The notes: a model not told the origin generated them from the sequence alone. A stretch of DNA of 64,000 bases from Candidatus Krumholzibacteriales bacterium (GCA_046483305.1 JAWODM010000043.1:1-64000), one strand, 5' to 3'. Numbered from the stretch's first letter, positions 1 through 10,871 are shown. Numbers and translations are program-made.

Positions 1-331
1 CACGGAGAAGATGTTGGACAGCAAATATGATTTCTCGGCCACGGCGTACTACACCCCAACGATCCCGCTGGATCCGTGCACCTCTGAGACCTTGTGCCGA
101 TCATGCCCGTAATGATATACCGCTCCCTCGCCATGCTTGCTACCCACCAGATCGGCGGACGGGGTGTTCGATATCCAGGTGGATCCCATTAGCACCTTGC
201 CCCCGGTGAGTCACTTCACCGGCCCGCCCATATATGAACCATTATACACCTCAATGAATTCTTTACCAACGATCAGGATATCAACCCGAACACAGAATGT
301 AAAAACCTCCCTGAATCCGTAAACAGGATAA

Positions 332-1108
332 TCAGTAGCGCCGCCTCGCCTCCTCCAGTGCGGCGTTTACCGCCTCCGCGACCTCTTCACTTTCAGGAAG
401 CAGAGAAGCAAGTTGCTCCAGGTAACCCCGCTCCAGCACTCTGCGCATTGAGGGGGCGAAGTTGATATCGTATACCCATCCTATCTGGAGCAGCTTGAAA
501 TCATTCTGGTTTCTGAGATTTGACGCATCCACCGGACCTGCCGCAGAGAGGTCGTCCAGGACCTCCCCGGAGACCTCCCCATCAGGGGGAAGATTAAGCC
601 CGACCGCGTCGTCCTCCTCGCCCCCCGCCGCATAGTAATCCAGCATCACCTTCCAGATATCCAGCTTGTCCGCGTCCCGCAGCAGCCTGGAGAAGAAGGC
701 CGGGCGTTCATCTTCTTCCGGGGGGACCCGCAACCCGCTGTGGTTGACGATGGCCCGGTGAATGATTTCCCGCTCGGAAGATTCCACCCCCTCCAGAACT
801 CCGCTGTTTTCGATTATCCTGCTTCCCAGCCGGGCGTGGTTGACGGAGAGTACGTCCACAAAGGTCCCGTAGCGGCTGTACTGCTCGAAACGCCCCACGT
901 CGTGCAGAAGTCCTATCATCTCTGCCAGGTTAAGATCTGATTCATCCAGCCCCATCTCGGCTCCCAGCCCGGCAATTTCACGGCTGACCCTCCGGCAGTG
1001 ATTCTCCTTCAGTACTATATTCTCCAGCGCGCCGTACCCGGCGGCCCTGAAGGTCCCGACATACATACTGAACCAGTCCCTGATCTTCTCTGCCTGTTCG
1101 CTTTTCAT
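332..1108 (-). CDS. HD-domain phosphohydrolase
   Basis: Motif order H..HD (LLHDVGR)..H..H..D (DADKLD); its start overlaps the 3' flank of the pcm gene. Confidence 0.85.
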   Translation of the reverse strand: MKSEQAEKIRDWFSMYVGTFRAAGYGALENIVLKENHCRRVSREIAGLGAEMGLDESDLNLAEMIGLLHDVGRFEQYSRYGTFVDVLSVNHARLGSRIIENSGVLEGVESSEREIIHRAIVNHSGLRVPPEEDERPAFFSRLLRDADKLDIWKVMLDYYAAGGEEDDAVGLNLPPDGEVSGEVLDDLSAAGPVDASNLRNQNDFKLLQIGWVYDINFAPSMRRVLERGYLEQLASLLPESEEVAEAVNAALEEARRRY

Positions 1109-1115
1109 GAAAATA

Positions 1116-1859
1116 TCATTCCCTGATCCTGCCGGTCATGGGAACGAATCTCACCGACTGGGAATCCAGGAGTTCCAGCCCTCCCTCCGATTTTACGTAT
1201 ACCTTCAGATGCTGAAGGAAGTCCCCCACCGGCAGCACCAGCCTGCCGCCAATCTTCAGTTGCTCTACCAGAGGCTCCGGCACTTCCGGAACCGCCGCGG
1301 TGACCACTACGGCATCGAATGGGGCAAACTGGGAAAGCCCGTAGTAACCGTCTCCCCTGATCACCTGAACATTGCAACACCCCAGAGAATCAAGTATGGA
1401 TGAAGCCCGGTATGCCAGCTCCGGTATTATCTCTATGGTATAAACTGTGTCGGCGATGCAGGCAAGCACCGCAGCCTGATATCCTGACCCGGTTCCCACC
1501 TCCAGAACCTTCTCCCCTCCCTTCAGGTTCATGGAGGCGGTCATCAGCGCCACGATGTAAGGTTGAGAGATGGTCTGTTTGGAGCCAATCGGGAGGGGGC
1601 TGTCTATATAGGCGCTGCTACGGTACCCGGAAGGGACGAACATGTGCCTGGGGACCGTTTTCATGGCATCTATAACCAGAGAATCGGTTATTCCCCTGCT
1701 GACTATCTGCTGCTCCACCATTCTTTCCCTCAGCCGGTCGAAAGCGGACTCCCCTGAAGAGCAGCCCATCGGGAATGAAATCAGAATAGAAAAAGAAATA
1801 ATACAGAAAACCGCCCATCCTCTCTTTCCCGGATCCGCATTAAAACTTTCACCGGCCAT
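1116..1859 (-). CDS. pcm: Protein-L-isoaspartate(D-aspartate) O-methyltransferase
   Basis: VPRHxF, QTISQP, VLEVGTGSGYQAA, APFDAVVVTAA and VRFVPM motifs. Confidence 0.95.
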   Translation of the reverse strand: MAGESFNADPGKRGWAVFCIISFSILISFPMGCSSGESAFDRLRERMVEQQIVSRGITDSLVIDAMKTVPRHMFVPSGYRSSAYIDSPLPIGSKQTISQPYIVALMTASMNLKGGEKVLEVGTGSGYQAAVLACIADTVYTIEIIPELAYRASSILDSLGCCNVQVIRGDGYYGLSQFAPFDAVVVTAAVPEVPEPLVEQLKIGGRLVLPVGDFLQHLKVYVKSEGGLELLDSQSVRFVPMTGRIRE

Positions 1860-2037
1860 TTTAAACCCCCTGCTAATCAGTCCGGCCAGAGCAAAACCGC
1901 AGCATTATCCTTTATGCTGACGATATTTATTCCTTGCGCTTATAAGCGTTCAGACAATACCATATAAAGAGTACTATGAATGCATCCGGCATTCAACAGT
2001 CAAAGTATCCGTTTATCACTTAATAGAGGTGCCCCGA

Positions 2038-3309
2038 ATGAACCCATTCAGGAAGCTTATCCGGAGCGAGCTGCACACTAAAATATTTATCGGGCTTCTG
2101 GCGGGGATCCCCGCGGGTTTTCTCCTTGGAGACCTGGTTGAATATCTTCAGCCGGTTGGTGATATATTTCTAAGGCTTATTAGAATGATAGTGGTTCCGC
2201 TGGTATTCTCGTCCCTGTTCGTGGGAACCGCCAGCCTGGGAGACATAAGAAAACTGGGAAGAATAGGGATCAAGACCATGGGGTACTACCTGAGCACAAC
2301 AGCCATTGCGATAACCATCGGCCTGGTTCTGGGGAATATATTCACCCCCGGAAACAGTATAGATCAGGCTACCAGAGACCGGCTGTTCTCGGCTCATCAA
2401 ACCGAGGCGGCTCAGAAGATAGACATTGCCAGCAACAAGCCGGATGTCCTGGATACCCTGGTTAAGATAGTTCCGGGCAACCCGGTGGAAAGCCTGGCCG
2501 AAGCAAACATGCTTCAGATAATCTTCTTCGCTCTGCTTCTGGGTATCGCTGTAACCATGCTGCCCGGAAACAAGGGAAAACCACTGATCAGATTCTTCGA
2601 AGCGCTCAGCGAAACCATGATACAAACTGTGCACATAGTGATGAAGATGGCGCCGCTGGGAGTGTTCGCCCTCATCGCTGTGGTGGTGGGAAGGTTCGGC
2701 ACCGATATTCTGGTATCCCTGCTGAAATACACTCTGGTTGTCCTGCTGGGCCTGGGATTACACGTATTCCTTACCTATTCGACAGCGATCCGCCTCTTCG
2801 CCAACTACAATTTCTTCAAGTTTCTGAAAGGGGTCAGGCCGGCCCAGTTGATAGCGTTCTCCACCTCATCGAGCAGCGCCACTCTGCCGGTCACTATTGA
2901 GTGCTGTGAGGAGAACCTGGGGGTCTCGGAAAAGGTATCCAGCTTTGTGCTTCCCCTGGGAGCTACCATAAATATGGATGGGACCGCGCTATACCAGGGA
3001 GTGGCGGCGATCTTCATCGCTCAGGTCTATGGAATACCTCTGACCATTATCAATCAGCTGACCATTGTACTCATGGCTACACTCGCTTCCATAGGAGCCG
3101 CCGGAGTCCCGGGAATAGGAATAATAACACTGGCAATGGTTCTGGAGACCATAGGCGTGCCGCTGGAGGGGATAGCGCTGATCCTGGGAGTGGACAGGCT
3201 GATCGACATGTGCCGCACCACGGTCAATATTACCGGAGACAGCTCCTGCGCGCTGATAATCGGCGCTACGGAGAAAGAACTCAGAGAAGAGCAGCCGGCG
3301 AAAGTATAA
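2038..3309 (+). CDS. Dicarboxylate/amino acid:cation symporter (GltP/GltT family)
   Basis: FLRLIRMIVVPLV, FSTSSSSATLP, GATINMDG and DMCRTTVN motifs. Confidence 0.93.
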   Translation: MNPFRKLIRSELHTKIFIGLLAGIPAGFLLGDLVEYLQPVGDIFLRLIRMIVVPLVFSSLFVGTASLGDIRKLGRIGIKTMGYYLSTTAIAITIGLVLGNIFTPGNSIDQATRDRLFSAHQTEAAQKIDIASNKPDVLDTLVKIVPGNPVESLAEANMLQIIFFALLLGIAVTMLPGNKGKPLIRFFEALSETMIQTVHIVMKMAPLGVFALIAVVVGRFGTDILVSLLKYTLVVLLGLGLHVFLTYSTAIRLFANYNFFKFLKGVRPAQLIAFSTSSSSATLPVTIECCEENLGVSEKVSSFVLPLGATINMDGTALYQGVAAIFIAQVYGIPLTIINQLTIVLMATLASIGAAGVPGIGIITLAMVLETIGVPLEGIALILGVDRLIDMCRTTVNITGDSSCALIIGATEKELREEQPAKV

Positions 3310-3312
3310 TCA

Positions 3313-5403
3313 ATGAGCACTGTTTTATTAATAGTACACCTCTTAACCCTGGCCGCCATTACCGCCGGATCATCGGCCTGGAAATCAGCGCTGTGGTCGG
3401 TCAGCTGGTGGGGATTTCTATCTCTGCCGGCGTTCGCGGCAGCGGCGGTTCTTTCGCTGATATTCACGGCGGCCGCCCTCAGATCGGATACATTAAAGGA
3501 TAAAACACCGAGCGCCAAAGAGGAAAACCGGCTTGAGAAGTATCTCATACCCGCGCTTTTTATCGTCCTGATGATTATCTTCAGATTCAGGCACAGTATG
3601 ACCGGCGGCCTCTACAGCCTGGCCGAGCGGGTTTCCAGCGGAGAAGTATATTCCCCGGGGTCGGTTATCCCGGCGCTTCTTAACCAGCTGCTGTACCGTT
3701 TCCTGGGCGGCGTGCTTCTTGTCAGCGCGGCAGATTCCATAGCGGCACTGAGCATACTGGCCGGCGGGATATTTTCCGTTCTGGCATTCCGGGCGGGGAA
3801 ATTCATTGCCGGGGATAATCCTGGTATTACGGCATTGCTTCTGATTTCCGGGGGATATACCTGCATTTTTTTCGGTGGAGCAAGCGGCATCTCGGCGGTG
3901 GTACTTTTTTCTTTCATACATATCATCCTGTCACTCCGATTTCTCAGAGAGGGCGGTTCGCCCCTTCCCTCGTCGGCTTTTCTTCTATTGGCTCTCTTTT
4001 CAGATCCCACCGCGGTGTTTCTTATCCCCGGTTTCCTCTATATCGTCATGGCAAGGGTGCGGGAGCCCGAGAACCGGCGGGCAATTGTGCCGGCGCTGCG
4101 GTTTCTGGTTCTTATCTGGGCTGCCGCCGAAGCAGTCCTGTTCTTCCTGCTGAGGGAAAGCCCTGCAGCCGGCCCTATCATGGAAATGATTGCGAATTCC
4201 ACGGGAGGATCATTCAGGTCATTTCTGGAGGGGGCGGGCAATGGAATCCTGATCGTAGGACCTGCCGCATTATCCGCACTGATCATACTCATATTCAGAT
4301 CACGCTTCAGGTTCGAAAGTTCCGAGGGCGAGATCTATTCAGCTGTAAACGTGGTTGCCGCCATCCTGCTGATATTTTCACAGCAGCACCAGCTGGAGAA
4401 GGGGATTAAATGGAACGCGCTATTAGCGGCCGGGCCCGCTTTTTATATATATACGGCTCTGATGCTGAAAAGAGCCTGCACAAAAAGGGGATTCCGGAAA
4501 GCGGCTCTTATTCTCGCCGCCGCCGGGCTGGTACACCTGGCCCCGATAGTACTGGTTAACAGCTCGGGCGGGCGGGCGGAGAGGCAGCTGTCAGCCCTGG
4601 ACATAGAACCGGGCAAAGCTGAAACCATAATCGCCGGAAGGGCTTTCAGCAGGCGCAATTATGAAAAGAGCGAAGAATATTATATGAAAGCGGCTGAGAA
4701 GGATACCACCAACAGCAGGGCTTTCTTCCGGCTGGGAGAACTCAACATCAGGAAAGAGAATTACTTCAGCGCGGTATCTTTCTACGGGAAAGCTCTACGG
4801 CTCAGGCCGGATAACCCTGAATACAGATTCGCGCTGGCGGAAGCCTATATAGAAGCCAAATGGTACGACGACGCCGCGGGCCAGCTTGAAATTCTGGTAG
4901 AACGGTTCAGTTCAAACTCCAGGTACTGGTCCAGATATGGTTACGCTCTGAATCATTCCGGAAAATATTCGGAAGCGGTTAAAGCATACCGGAAAGCGCT
5001 TTCGCTGGAGCCCGAAAACAGCGAGTACAGGGAAAATCTCTATTCAGCTCTGCTTAACAGGGGAGCGGAGCTGCAGAATGAGGGGAAGAGGAAAGAGGCC
5101 GAAGACCTCTACCGTAAGGGGATATCCATGGTCTCCTACAGATGGGAGGGTTATTTCAACCTTGCCAGCATTTATGTCAAGGAAGGCAACTACAGCGAAG
5201 CGGCCCAGATATTAACCATGGCGGTGAATAATTCCATAATGACACCCGATTACAGAGTATATATGAATCTGGGTTTCGTCCTGGAGAAGCTGGGCAGGGA
5301 TGAGGAGGCGCTCAAATACCTGAAAATGGCTGAGGAAATGAATCCTATGGCCCCGGCTGACCAACTGATCGACAGGATAAGGGAGAAAAGCGACAGAGAG
5401 TAA
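3313..5403 (+). CDS. Multi-pass membrane protein with C-terminal TPR repeats
   Basis: Hydrophobic N-terminal two-thirds, then repeated TPR patterns (Y.KAL.L.P.N..Y). Confidence 0.8.
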   Translation: MSTVLLIVHLLTLAAITAGSSAWKSALWSVSWWGFLSLPAFAAAAVLSLIFTAAALRSDTLKDKTPSAKEENRLEKYLIPALFIVLMIIFRFRHSMTGGLYSLAERVSSGEVYSPGSVIPALLNQLLYRFLGGVLLVSAADSIAALSILAGGIFSVLAFRAGKFIAGDNPGITALLLISGGYTCIFFGGASGISAVVLFSFIHIILSLRFLREGGSPLPSSAFLLLALFSDPTAVFLIPGFLYIVMARVREPENRRAIVPALRFLVLIWAAAEAVLFFLLRESPAAGPIMEMIANSTGGSFRSFLEGAGNGILIVGPAALSALIILIFRSRFRFESSEGEIYSAVNVVAAILLIFSQQHQLEKGIKWNALLAAGPAFYIYTALMLKRACTKRGFRKAALILAAAGLVHLAPIVLVNSSGGRAERQLSALDIEPGKAETIIAGRAFSRRNYEKSEEYYMKAAEKDTTNSRAFFRLGELNIRKENYFSAVSFYGKALRLRPDNPEYRFALAEAYIEAKWYDDAAGQLEILVERFSSNSRYWSRYGYALNHSGKYSEAVKAYRKALSLEPENSEYRENLYSALLNRGAELQNEGKRKEAEDLYRKGISMVSYRWEGYFNLASIYVKEGNYSEAAQILTMAVNNSIMTPDYRVYMNLGFVLEKLGRDEEALKYLKMAEEMNPMAPADQLIDRIREKSDRE

Positions 5404-5492
5404 TCTGCCTCCGCTTACATAAATTAACCGGTTTATCTATTTCGCCTTGACTGGACAGTATATAACTTCTTATAATTCATGAAACTTAACTC

Positions 5493-7067
5493 TTGGAGAA
5501 AAGCTTGAAAATCAGGTATTTACTTATAATATTACTTCTTCTTGCAACCGCCTCCGCGGAATCATCGGAGATAAACCTTATTATAAATCATCCCTCCATT
5601 TCTCCGAACTCCGACGGCAGGAAGGATTTCTCTCAGGTTTCCCTGACCCTTGAAAACAGTTTCGATACTCTCACTGTGACACTCGAAAATCCGGCGGAAA
5701 CAGAAATTTATGACTCCCTGCTCAATATCATCAGCCCGGAACCTTCCTCCTACGGGTTCTTATGGACGGGAAAGGACTCCGCGGACAATCTGCTTCCGGA
5801 CGGCGAATATCTGCTGCACCTGAGGGCTGTAAGATCCGACACGGTAACCGAAATCAGAAGAACAGTGATCGTCGACACCGACGCTCCTTCGATTCATATA
5901 GACAGAATAGAGCCGGGTATATTCTCCCCCGCGCTTCCGGGAGCCAGTGTTATGATTTATTATTCAGTCTCGGGGTACAGCCAGGGATGCACAGCCGGAG
6001 GAAAAGTTGCCGACCCGGAGGGCGATACCGCCAACCTGGATATTCCGGAGGTCAAGGCGGACAGCAGCTATATCTACGAATGGAACCCCCCAACACCCCA
6101 GGACGGCATTTATACGATTACTCTTAACATCGAAGACCTGGCCGGTAACAGAGGGTCAGATGAAGGCAGCGTCAATATCGACGCCGACGGCCCGGTCATA
6201 AATATTGATCCGGTCGAATCCCCCACCTCACAGCCGCCGCCCTTCATTTCAGGGAACTGCTACGACAAGAGCACAGTGGACAGCCTGCGGTTCACCTGGA
6301 AAGCAGGCGCCAATGACGCCAACCAGATATTCCCCGATACCGTATACGTGGAAGATGACACTACCTACTGGAACGTCAGCATCTACGATTCTATATACTC
6401 AGAATCCAGCGAGCGTTATATTGAAGGCATCTACACATTCAGCATCACAGCCCGGGACAGCCTCAACCAGTCCGAGAACCAGGATTTGACACTTTCAATC
6501 GATATTACACCTCCGCCCCCTCCGGCACTGGACCAGCCGACATCGACGCTGCTGAAACCGGAGATAGCCATAACATACCTGGAAAACCTTGGAGCCAATG
6601 TGCTGAGTGTCAGGTTCTATACCAGCCATCAGGGAGTTATCGATTCAGTAAGCAAATCGGCATTCATACCCAATCCGGTTATCAACCTGGAAGAGGGGAA
6701 AACGGAGATATGGGCAAGATCCATAGACCAGGCGGGGAACATCAGCGGCAGTTCCAACCGCATTACTGTTGAATACAGAAGCGCTTCCGTGTATTCATTT
6801 CCGGAAGTTTTCAGGGGAACCGATCTGTTCAGGGTAACTACCCCTGAAGATGCTTTTAAAGTGAGAATCAGAATATTTACGCTCGGCGGCGAAGAGGTAA
6901 AGAGCATTACCGCGGACGGGCCGGGAGAATACTTCGAACTGGAGTGGGACCTTACCACCAATGACGGCGAAGAGGTCAGGAACGGCGCTTACCTGGCTGT
7001 AATAACCACTTCGCTGTACAACGGAAGCAGGAGAACGGAGAAATACTTTATCTCAGTGGTCAGATAG
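5493..7067 (+). CDS. Secreted Ig-like/FlgD-Ig domain protein
   Basis: Signal peptide; ISPNxDG, WxGKDxxxxLLPDGxY and C-terminal WDLxxNDGEEVRNGxY motifs. Confidence 0.75.
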   Translation: MEKSLKIRYLLIILLLLATASAESSEINLIINHPSISPNSDGRKDFSQVSLTLENSFDTLTVTLENPAETEIYDSLLNIISPEPSSYGFLWTGKDSADNLLPDGEYLLHLRAVRSDTVTEIRRTVIVDTDAPSIHIDRIEPGIFSPALPGASVMIYYSVSGYSQGCTAGGKVADPEGDTANLDIPEVKADSSYIYEWNPPTPQDGIYTITLNIEDLAGNRGSDEGSVNIDADGPVINIDPVESPTSQPPPFISGNCYDKSTVDSLRFTWKAGANDANQIFPDTVYVEDDTTYWNVSIYDSIYSESSERYIEGIYTFSITARDSLNQSENQDLTLSIDITPPPPPALDQPTSTLLKPEIAITYLENLGANVLSVRFYTSHQGVIDSVSKSAFIPNPVINLEEGKTEIWARSIDQAGNISGSSNRITVEYRSASVYSFPEVFRGTDLFRVTTPEDAFKVRIRIFTLGGEEVKSITADGPGEYFELEWDLTTNDGEEVRNGAYLAVITTSLYNGSRRTEKYFISVVR

Positions 7068-7069
7068 AT

Positions 7070-7999
7070 ATGAACAAAAAGCTTGAAATATTATTTCTTG
7101 TCCTGTTAATCGCCGCGGCGGCTTCGCCACTGCAGGCCCAGGACGGTTCCCGCGGCGGGACCTTTCTTCCGCTCGGATGGGACGCTGAAGGCGAGGGGAT
7201 GGCGGGAGCAGCCACCCTGCTGATAAGAAGCGATGCCAGCGGATACTGGAACCCCGCAAACCTCTGCCTCCTCAGGGAGAGGCATATGACCCTGGGCAGC
7301 ACCAAACCTGTCCCCGGCATGCCGGCTTACTACACTACTTTCTCGGCCGGCACCGCTCTTCTGGACAGACGAATGGGGATGGGGGAAGTTTCTCCCTTCA
7401 GGAGGCTGGGAGCGGCGGTAACCGTATCTCACCTTAACCTGGAACTCGCCGAAGGGTCAGGGTGGAATGAAACCACAGTGGGTTTCTCCGGAGCGTTAAG
7501 CATAAACCATCTCACCAGCATAGGGCTGTCTTTCCGGTTCCTCAAGGGATGGAACGACCTGGATAATGCTGACAGCTGGGGAACATCCCTGGACCTGGGA
7601 TTCACCGCCAGGCTGAGAGAAAATTCCTGGTTCGGCCTGACCGCGAAGAACCTGTACAGCGCGGTTTACTATCCGGAGAGAGACGAAGATATCTTCCCTT
7701 CCTGGAACATGGCCGTCTCGCAGGAAAATATCCTGAACAGGATCGATATAGAAGCGGATGCTGTGTTCAGGGACGGAGAGATGAACAGGGTCCTTCTCGG
7801 AGGAAGGGTGAGAGTTTACAGGGACCTTTTCGGGGTGGTGGCCGGAGTGGACAGGAGACTTACCAACGGCGCCCGTAACATCATTCATTTCGGATTCCTG
7901 AGCAGTTTCAAGTCGGCGGATCTATCGATCTCCTTCAAGCTGGACCCGGAAGATGTCTTTGACAGGCAGACCTATGTGGCTGTAGGTTATGGGATGTAA
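7070..7999 (+). CDS. PorV/PorQ-like (UPF0164-type) outer-membrane beta-barrel
   Basis: Signal peptide, GxGMAGA...YWNPAxL motif, alternating beta strands. Confidence 0.75.
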   Translation: MNKKLEILFLVLLIAAAASPLQAQDGSRGGTFLPLGWDAEGEGMAGAATLLIRSDASGYWNPANLCLLRERHMTLGSTKPVPGMPAYYTTFSAGTALLDRRMGMGEVSPFRRLGAAVTVSHLNLELAEGSGWNETTVGFSGALSINHLTSIGLSFRFLKGWNDLDNADSWGTSLDLGFTARLRENSWFGLTAKNLYSAVYYPERDEDIFPSWNMAVSQENILNRIDIEADAVFRDGEMNRVLLGGRVRVYRDLFGVVAGVDRRLTNGARNIIHFGFLSSFKSADLSISFKLDPEDVFDRQTYVAVGYGM

Positions 8000-8314
8000 C
8001 AACCAGCCCGCCGGCCGGATTATCCGGAAAATTCGATAGCCAGGAGTCTGTCGGAGAAACAGAGCTATCAATAAGTATTTTCATTTCAGACGGCCTGAAA
8101 ATATGACTTAAAGTGTTTATGCCTCTTATTTCTGAAGTTTTTCCCCGGTTTGCTTATAACCTGATTTTTCTCCAATCTATTCATTAGGTTTCTCTGAAAA
8201 CATATCCGCTCCTGAACAGTTTCAGGACATTATGCCCAATGCATATCAACTTCCATCCGCGGCGAACATTTTCCAGGCCCCTGAATAGAAATTCAGTTTC
8301 AGCTGCTAAATTCA

Positions 8315-8439
8315 GGTGTAACATCTGTAACATTCAGGGGTGAAAGTGTAACATCTGTTACACTTTTCTTTATTCCCATGTTGTTTAACAAGTTACAGAG
8401 CGATCAGAGATCAAGGTGTACTTTGCCGGGTGTAACATC
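8315..8439. repeat. Cluster of TGTAACA motifs including a 24-bp palindrome
   Basis: GGTGTAACATC at 8315-8325 and 8429-8439; AAAGTGTAACA-TC-TGTTACACTTT at 8343-8366. Confidence 0.75.
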
Positions 8440-9056
8440 GCCAGCATCGTTGCTCCCTTCATAGGTCCTCCGTTGTCCGAATGCAGGACAAGTTCATCAG
8501 AATCTACTCCATGTCTCAAAGATGCTTCCGTAATCAATGTGCTGGCATGCTCCGCGGATTCTTCCTCATGCACCTCCCACCCCACAATCATCCGGCTCCA
8601 GACATCAACCACCATGTACAGATAATAGAACTTCCCCCGTATCGTACTTTTGAGATAGGTTATATCCCAACTCCATACCTGATTAGCACCTGTAGCAACA
8701 TGCTCCTCGGGCTTTGAATTCCGTGCCGGTTTAGATCTGCTCCGATGAGCAAGAAGTCTCTTCTGGCTTAGAACACGGTAAAAACTCAACTCAGAGGCAA
8801 CATAAACTCCCTCATCCGCCAGGATCGGTACAATCTGTGCCGGAGAAAGATCCTTAAATTCATAACTGTTCGCGACTGAAACAATAACCCTCTTCTCTTG
8901 ATCGCTCAAACTGTTTGCAGGCTTGCTCTTCGGTCCACGCCGCTGATCCCCTTTGCACGGGCACCTCTGCCATCTTTGAAGTGTCCTCAGCGATATCCCA
9001 AGAACCTCACACGCCTTCCATCTCCTCGCTCCAGCTTCTGCCGCTTCAGATACCAA
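8385..9056 (-). pseudogene. IS3-family OrfB (rve/DDE) truncated before the third catalytic residue
   Basis: NQVWSWDITY and LHSDNGGPM present; similarity stops after ATMLAML. Confidence 0.85.
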
Positions 9057-9657
9057 CTCTATGCACCTCTTTCGGTCTTCAATGCTTATTTTCCTTCCTC
9101 TGGGTCCCCCCAGATATCGTCTGCTTTTTTTTTAAGCACCAGTAATGCAGCTGCCTCGGCCAGTGCCTTGTCCTTGCGCCTCAGCTCTTTCTCAAGCTCT
9201 TTGATCTTCTTCTTCCCGGAGCCCTTTCTGCTGGATTTCGCTGATTTAAACCCTTTTATTATCTCTTCTTTCCATCTCTCTATATATACCGCATGAAGCC
9301 CATTCTTTCTTAAAAACTCACCTTTTGCCTCTTCTTCAAGTTTCTCATATTCCAGAATTGCGTTCAGCTTCTCTTCCGGAGTCCAATCCTGTGGACGTTT
9401 CCGTTTCATAGTACCTCCCCCTTTACCACCCATTGTAGCATATTCCCTTACCCAGCGTGAAAGGGTTGATTGAGGTATGTTCACTTCCCTGGATAATGCC
9501 ATGGCACTTGGCGCATTCGTTGATGTCAGCTTCTTTACCATCGCCTCTTTTATCCTCTCTGAATAATTCACCATTATAATACTCCTCCCACCGCCCTGAT
9601 TTTTCCCCAGGGGGTACCCCCTGGGGACTCCTACTAAACACGACAACTATCCTGACA
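8431..9657 (-). mobile_element. IS3-family element, 3'-truncated
   Basis: Terminal TGTCAGGATAGTTGTCG (ends at 9657 on -), orfA/orfB, A9G slippery run at 9124-9133; no right inverted repeat seen. Confidence 0.88.
9086..9574 (-). CDS. IS3-family OrfA (HTH)
   Basis: HTH (IPQSTLSRWVREY), ELRRKDKALAEAAALLVLKKK, followed by the -1 frameshift site. Confidence 0.85.
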   Translation of the reverse strand: MVNYSERIKEAMVKKLTSTNAPSAMALSREVNIPQSTLSRWVREYATMGGKGGGTMKRKRPQDWTPEEKLNAILEYEKLEEEAKGEFLRKNGLHAVYIERWKEEIIKGFKSAKSSRKGSGKKKIKELEKELRRKDKALAEAAALLVLKKKADDIWGDPEEGK

Positions 9658-10688
9658 TATAGGGTTAATATCGAAAGCCTCCCATCGTTTGAGGATAAAG
9701 TAGACGGCTCGTCCTAATCTATGAGCGATGATAGACAGAGCTTTAGCTTTTCCGTGTTTGCTTACCAGTCGGTTTTATATTTCATCCCCCGGGGGTTGTT
9801 TCTAAGGAAAAGTACCGCCGCTTCGCTGAAGGCCCATTTAAGATGCATGTTTCCTATCTTTCTTCCTGAAGTTCCTTGCCTCTTTCCGGCTGATTCCCTC
9901 GGGCAAGCTACCAGGCGGGCGTAGGACACAAAGTCCTGAACACGTGGGAACCTGTTTATGTCATGGATTTCATAGAGAATGACCAGAGAGAGAACTTTTC
10001 CTATTCCTTTGACTGTTCTGAGAAGATATATGGAGTTGGGGTCATGCTCTTTTGCATGCCTGAGGGCAACCAGTTCCAGTCTGTTTATTATTTTATCGTA
10101 GAAATCGATGAGTTCAATATCAGCTCTTATGCTTTCTCTAACGCTTTCGTCCTTGAACCGTTCTTCTATTCCGTCTCTGTTGAGCTTATGGCAGATGCTT
10201 TTGCCGAATCTGTCCATGTTGTACTGAGAGTTGGTGTTCTGGATGTGAGCGAGAAGATCGGCTCTTCTTCGCATGAGATAATTTCTTCTTCTCAGAAGAT
10301 CCCTTGTGGTTCTCATTCCTTTAGGATAGACGTATGCGATGGGGATAAGGCCGCTCCTTAGAAGCCTTGCGATTTTCTCAGAGTCTATATGGTCGTTTTT
10401 GGCTTTTCCACCGCGTATGGCTTTCATATAGAGGGCATGGCCCAGAACGAAAGGAAGGCCTTCGTCGCAGCAGAGATCACTGAGCCAGTACCAGGCGAAC
10501 ATGCATTCGGCGCAGACTGCTATGTCGCTCCTGTATGGTTTGATTGATTTCAGGAAATTATCTGGCTGTGCCTTCATGTTGCGGTGAAGCAGGATGTCGC
10601 CCTTCTGGTCGATTATGCAAAGGTACATAACTCTTGCATGAAGATCGATTCCGCAGTAGAATTTATGTTCGTGAGTATAGAACCTCAT
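9658..10688 (-). pseudogene. IS110-family transposase (DEDD), frameshifted near 9775 and cut by IS3 at its C-terminus
   Basis: CGIDLH, AECMFAWYW, KAKNDHIDS, VKGIG, RESAGK motifs; the tail LVSKHGKAKALSIIAHRLGRAVYF continues in another frame up to the IS3 end. Confidence 0.9.
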
Positions 10689-10777
10689 GAGGTCTCCTCC
10701 CGGTTAAGTAAAAAAGAATTGAGCACTTTTTATTATACCCTCAGTGGTATGCTGAGGGGGAGGCCTCAATGAGTATC
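10689..10777 (-). mobile_element. IS110 left non-coding end abutting an attC-like site
   Basis: Hairpin CCCTCAG..CTGAGGG and GAGGCCTC palindrome; the end GAGTATC joins directly to attC-type aatcggatgcagctgac. Confidence 0.6.
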
Positions 10778-10871
10778 AATCGGATGCAGCTGACAGTTCC
10801 GTCCTGTCACGCCGGTTGAGGTGCGTCCGTTGCGCTAGTCCCGGCCCAAAGCTGATGCGAGGTTTGTAAAC
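10771..10871 (+). other. attC-like site (R'' replaced by the IS110 end; degenerate R')
   Basis: atgcagctgac...gctgatgcg arms; R' tGTAAAC is complementary to the GTTTAAC that closes cassette 1. Confidence 0.6.

Noticed and set aside
1..322. Short ORFs at the window start
   Set aside because: No recognisable product; context is missing at the edge.
8043..8054. GAGTCTGTCGGA as a possible MITE/IS end
   Set aside because: No matching inverted partner found nearby.
9605..9626. Perfect GC palindrome CCCCAGGGGGTACCCCCTGGGG
   Set aside because: Lies inside the IS3 leader as a single copy; treated as part of the IS.
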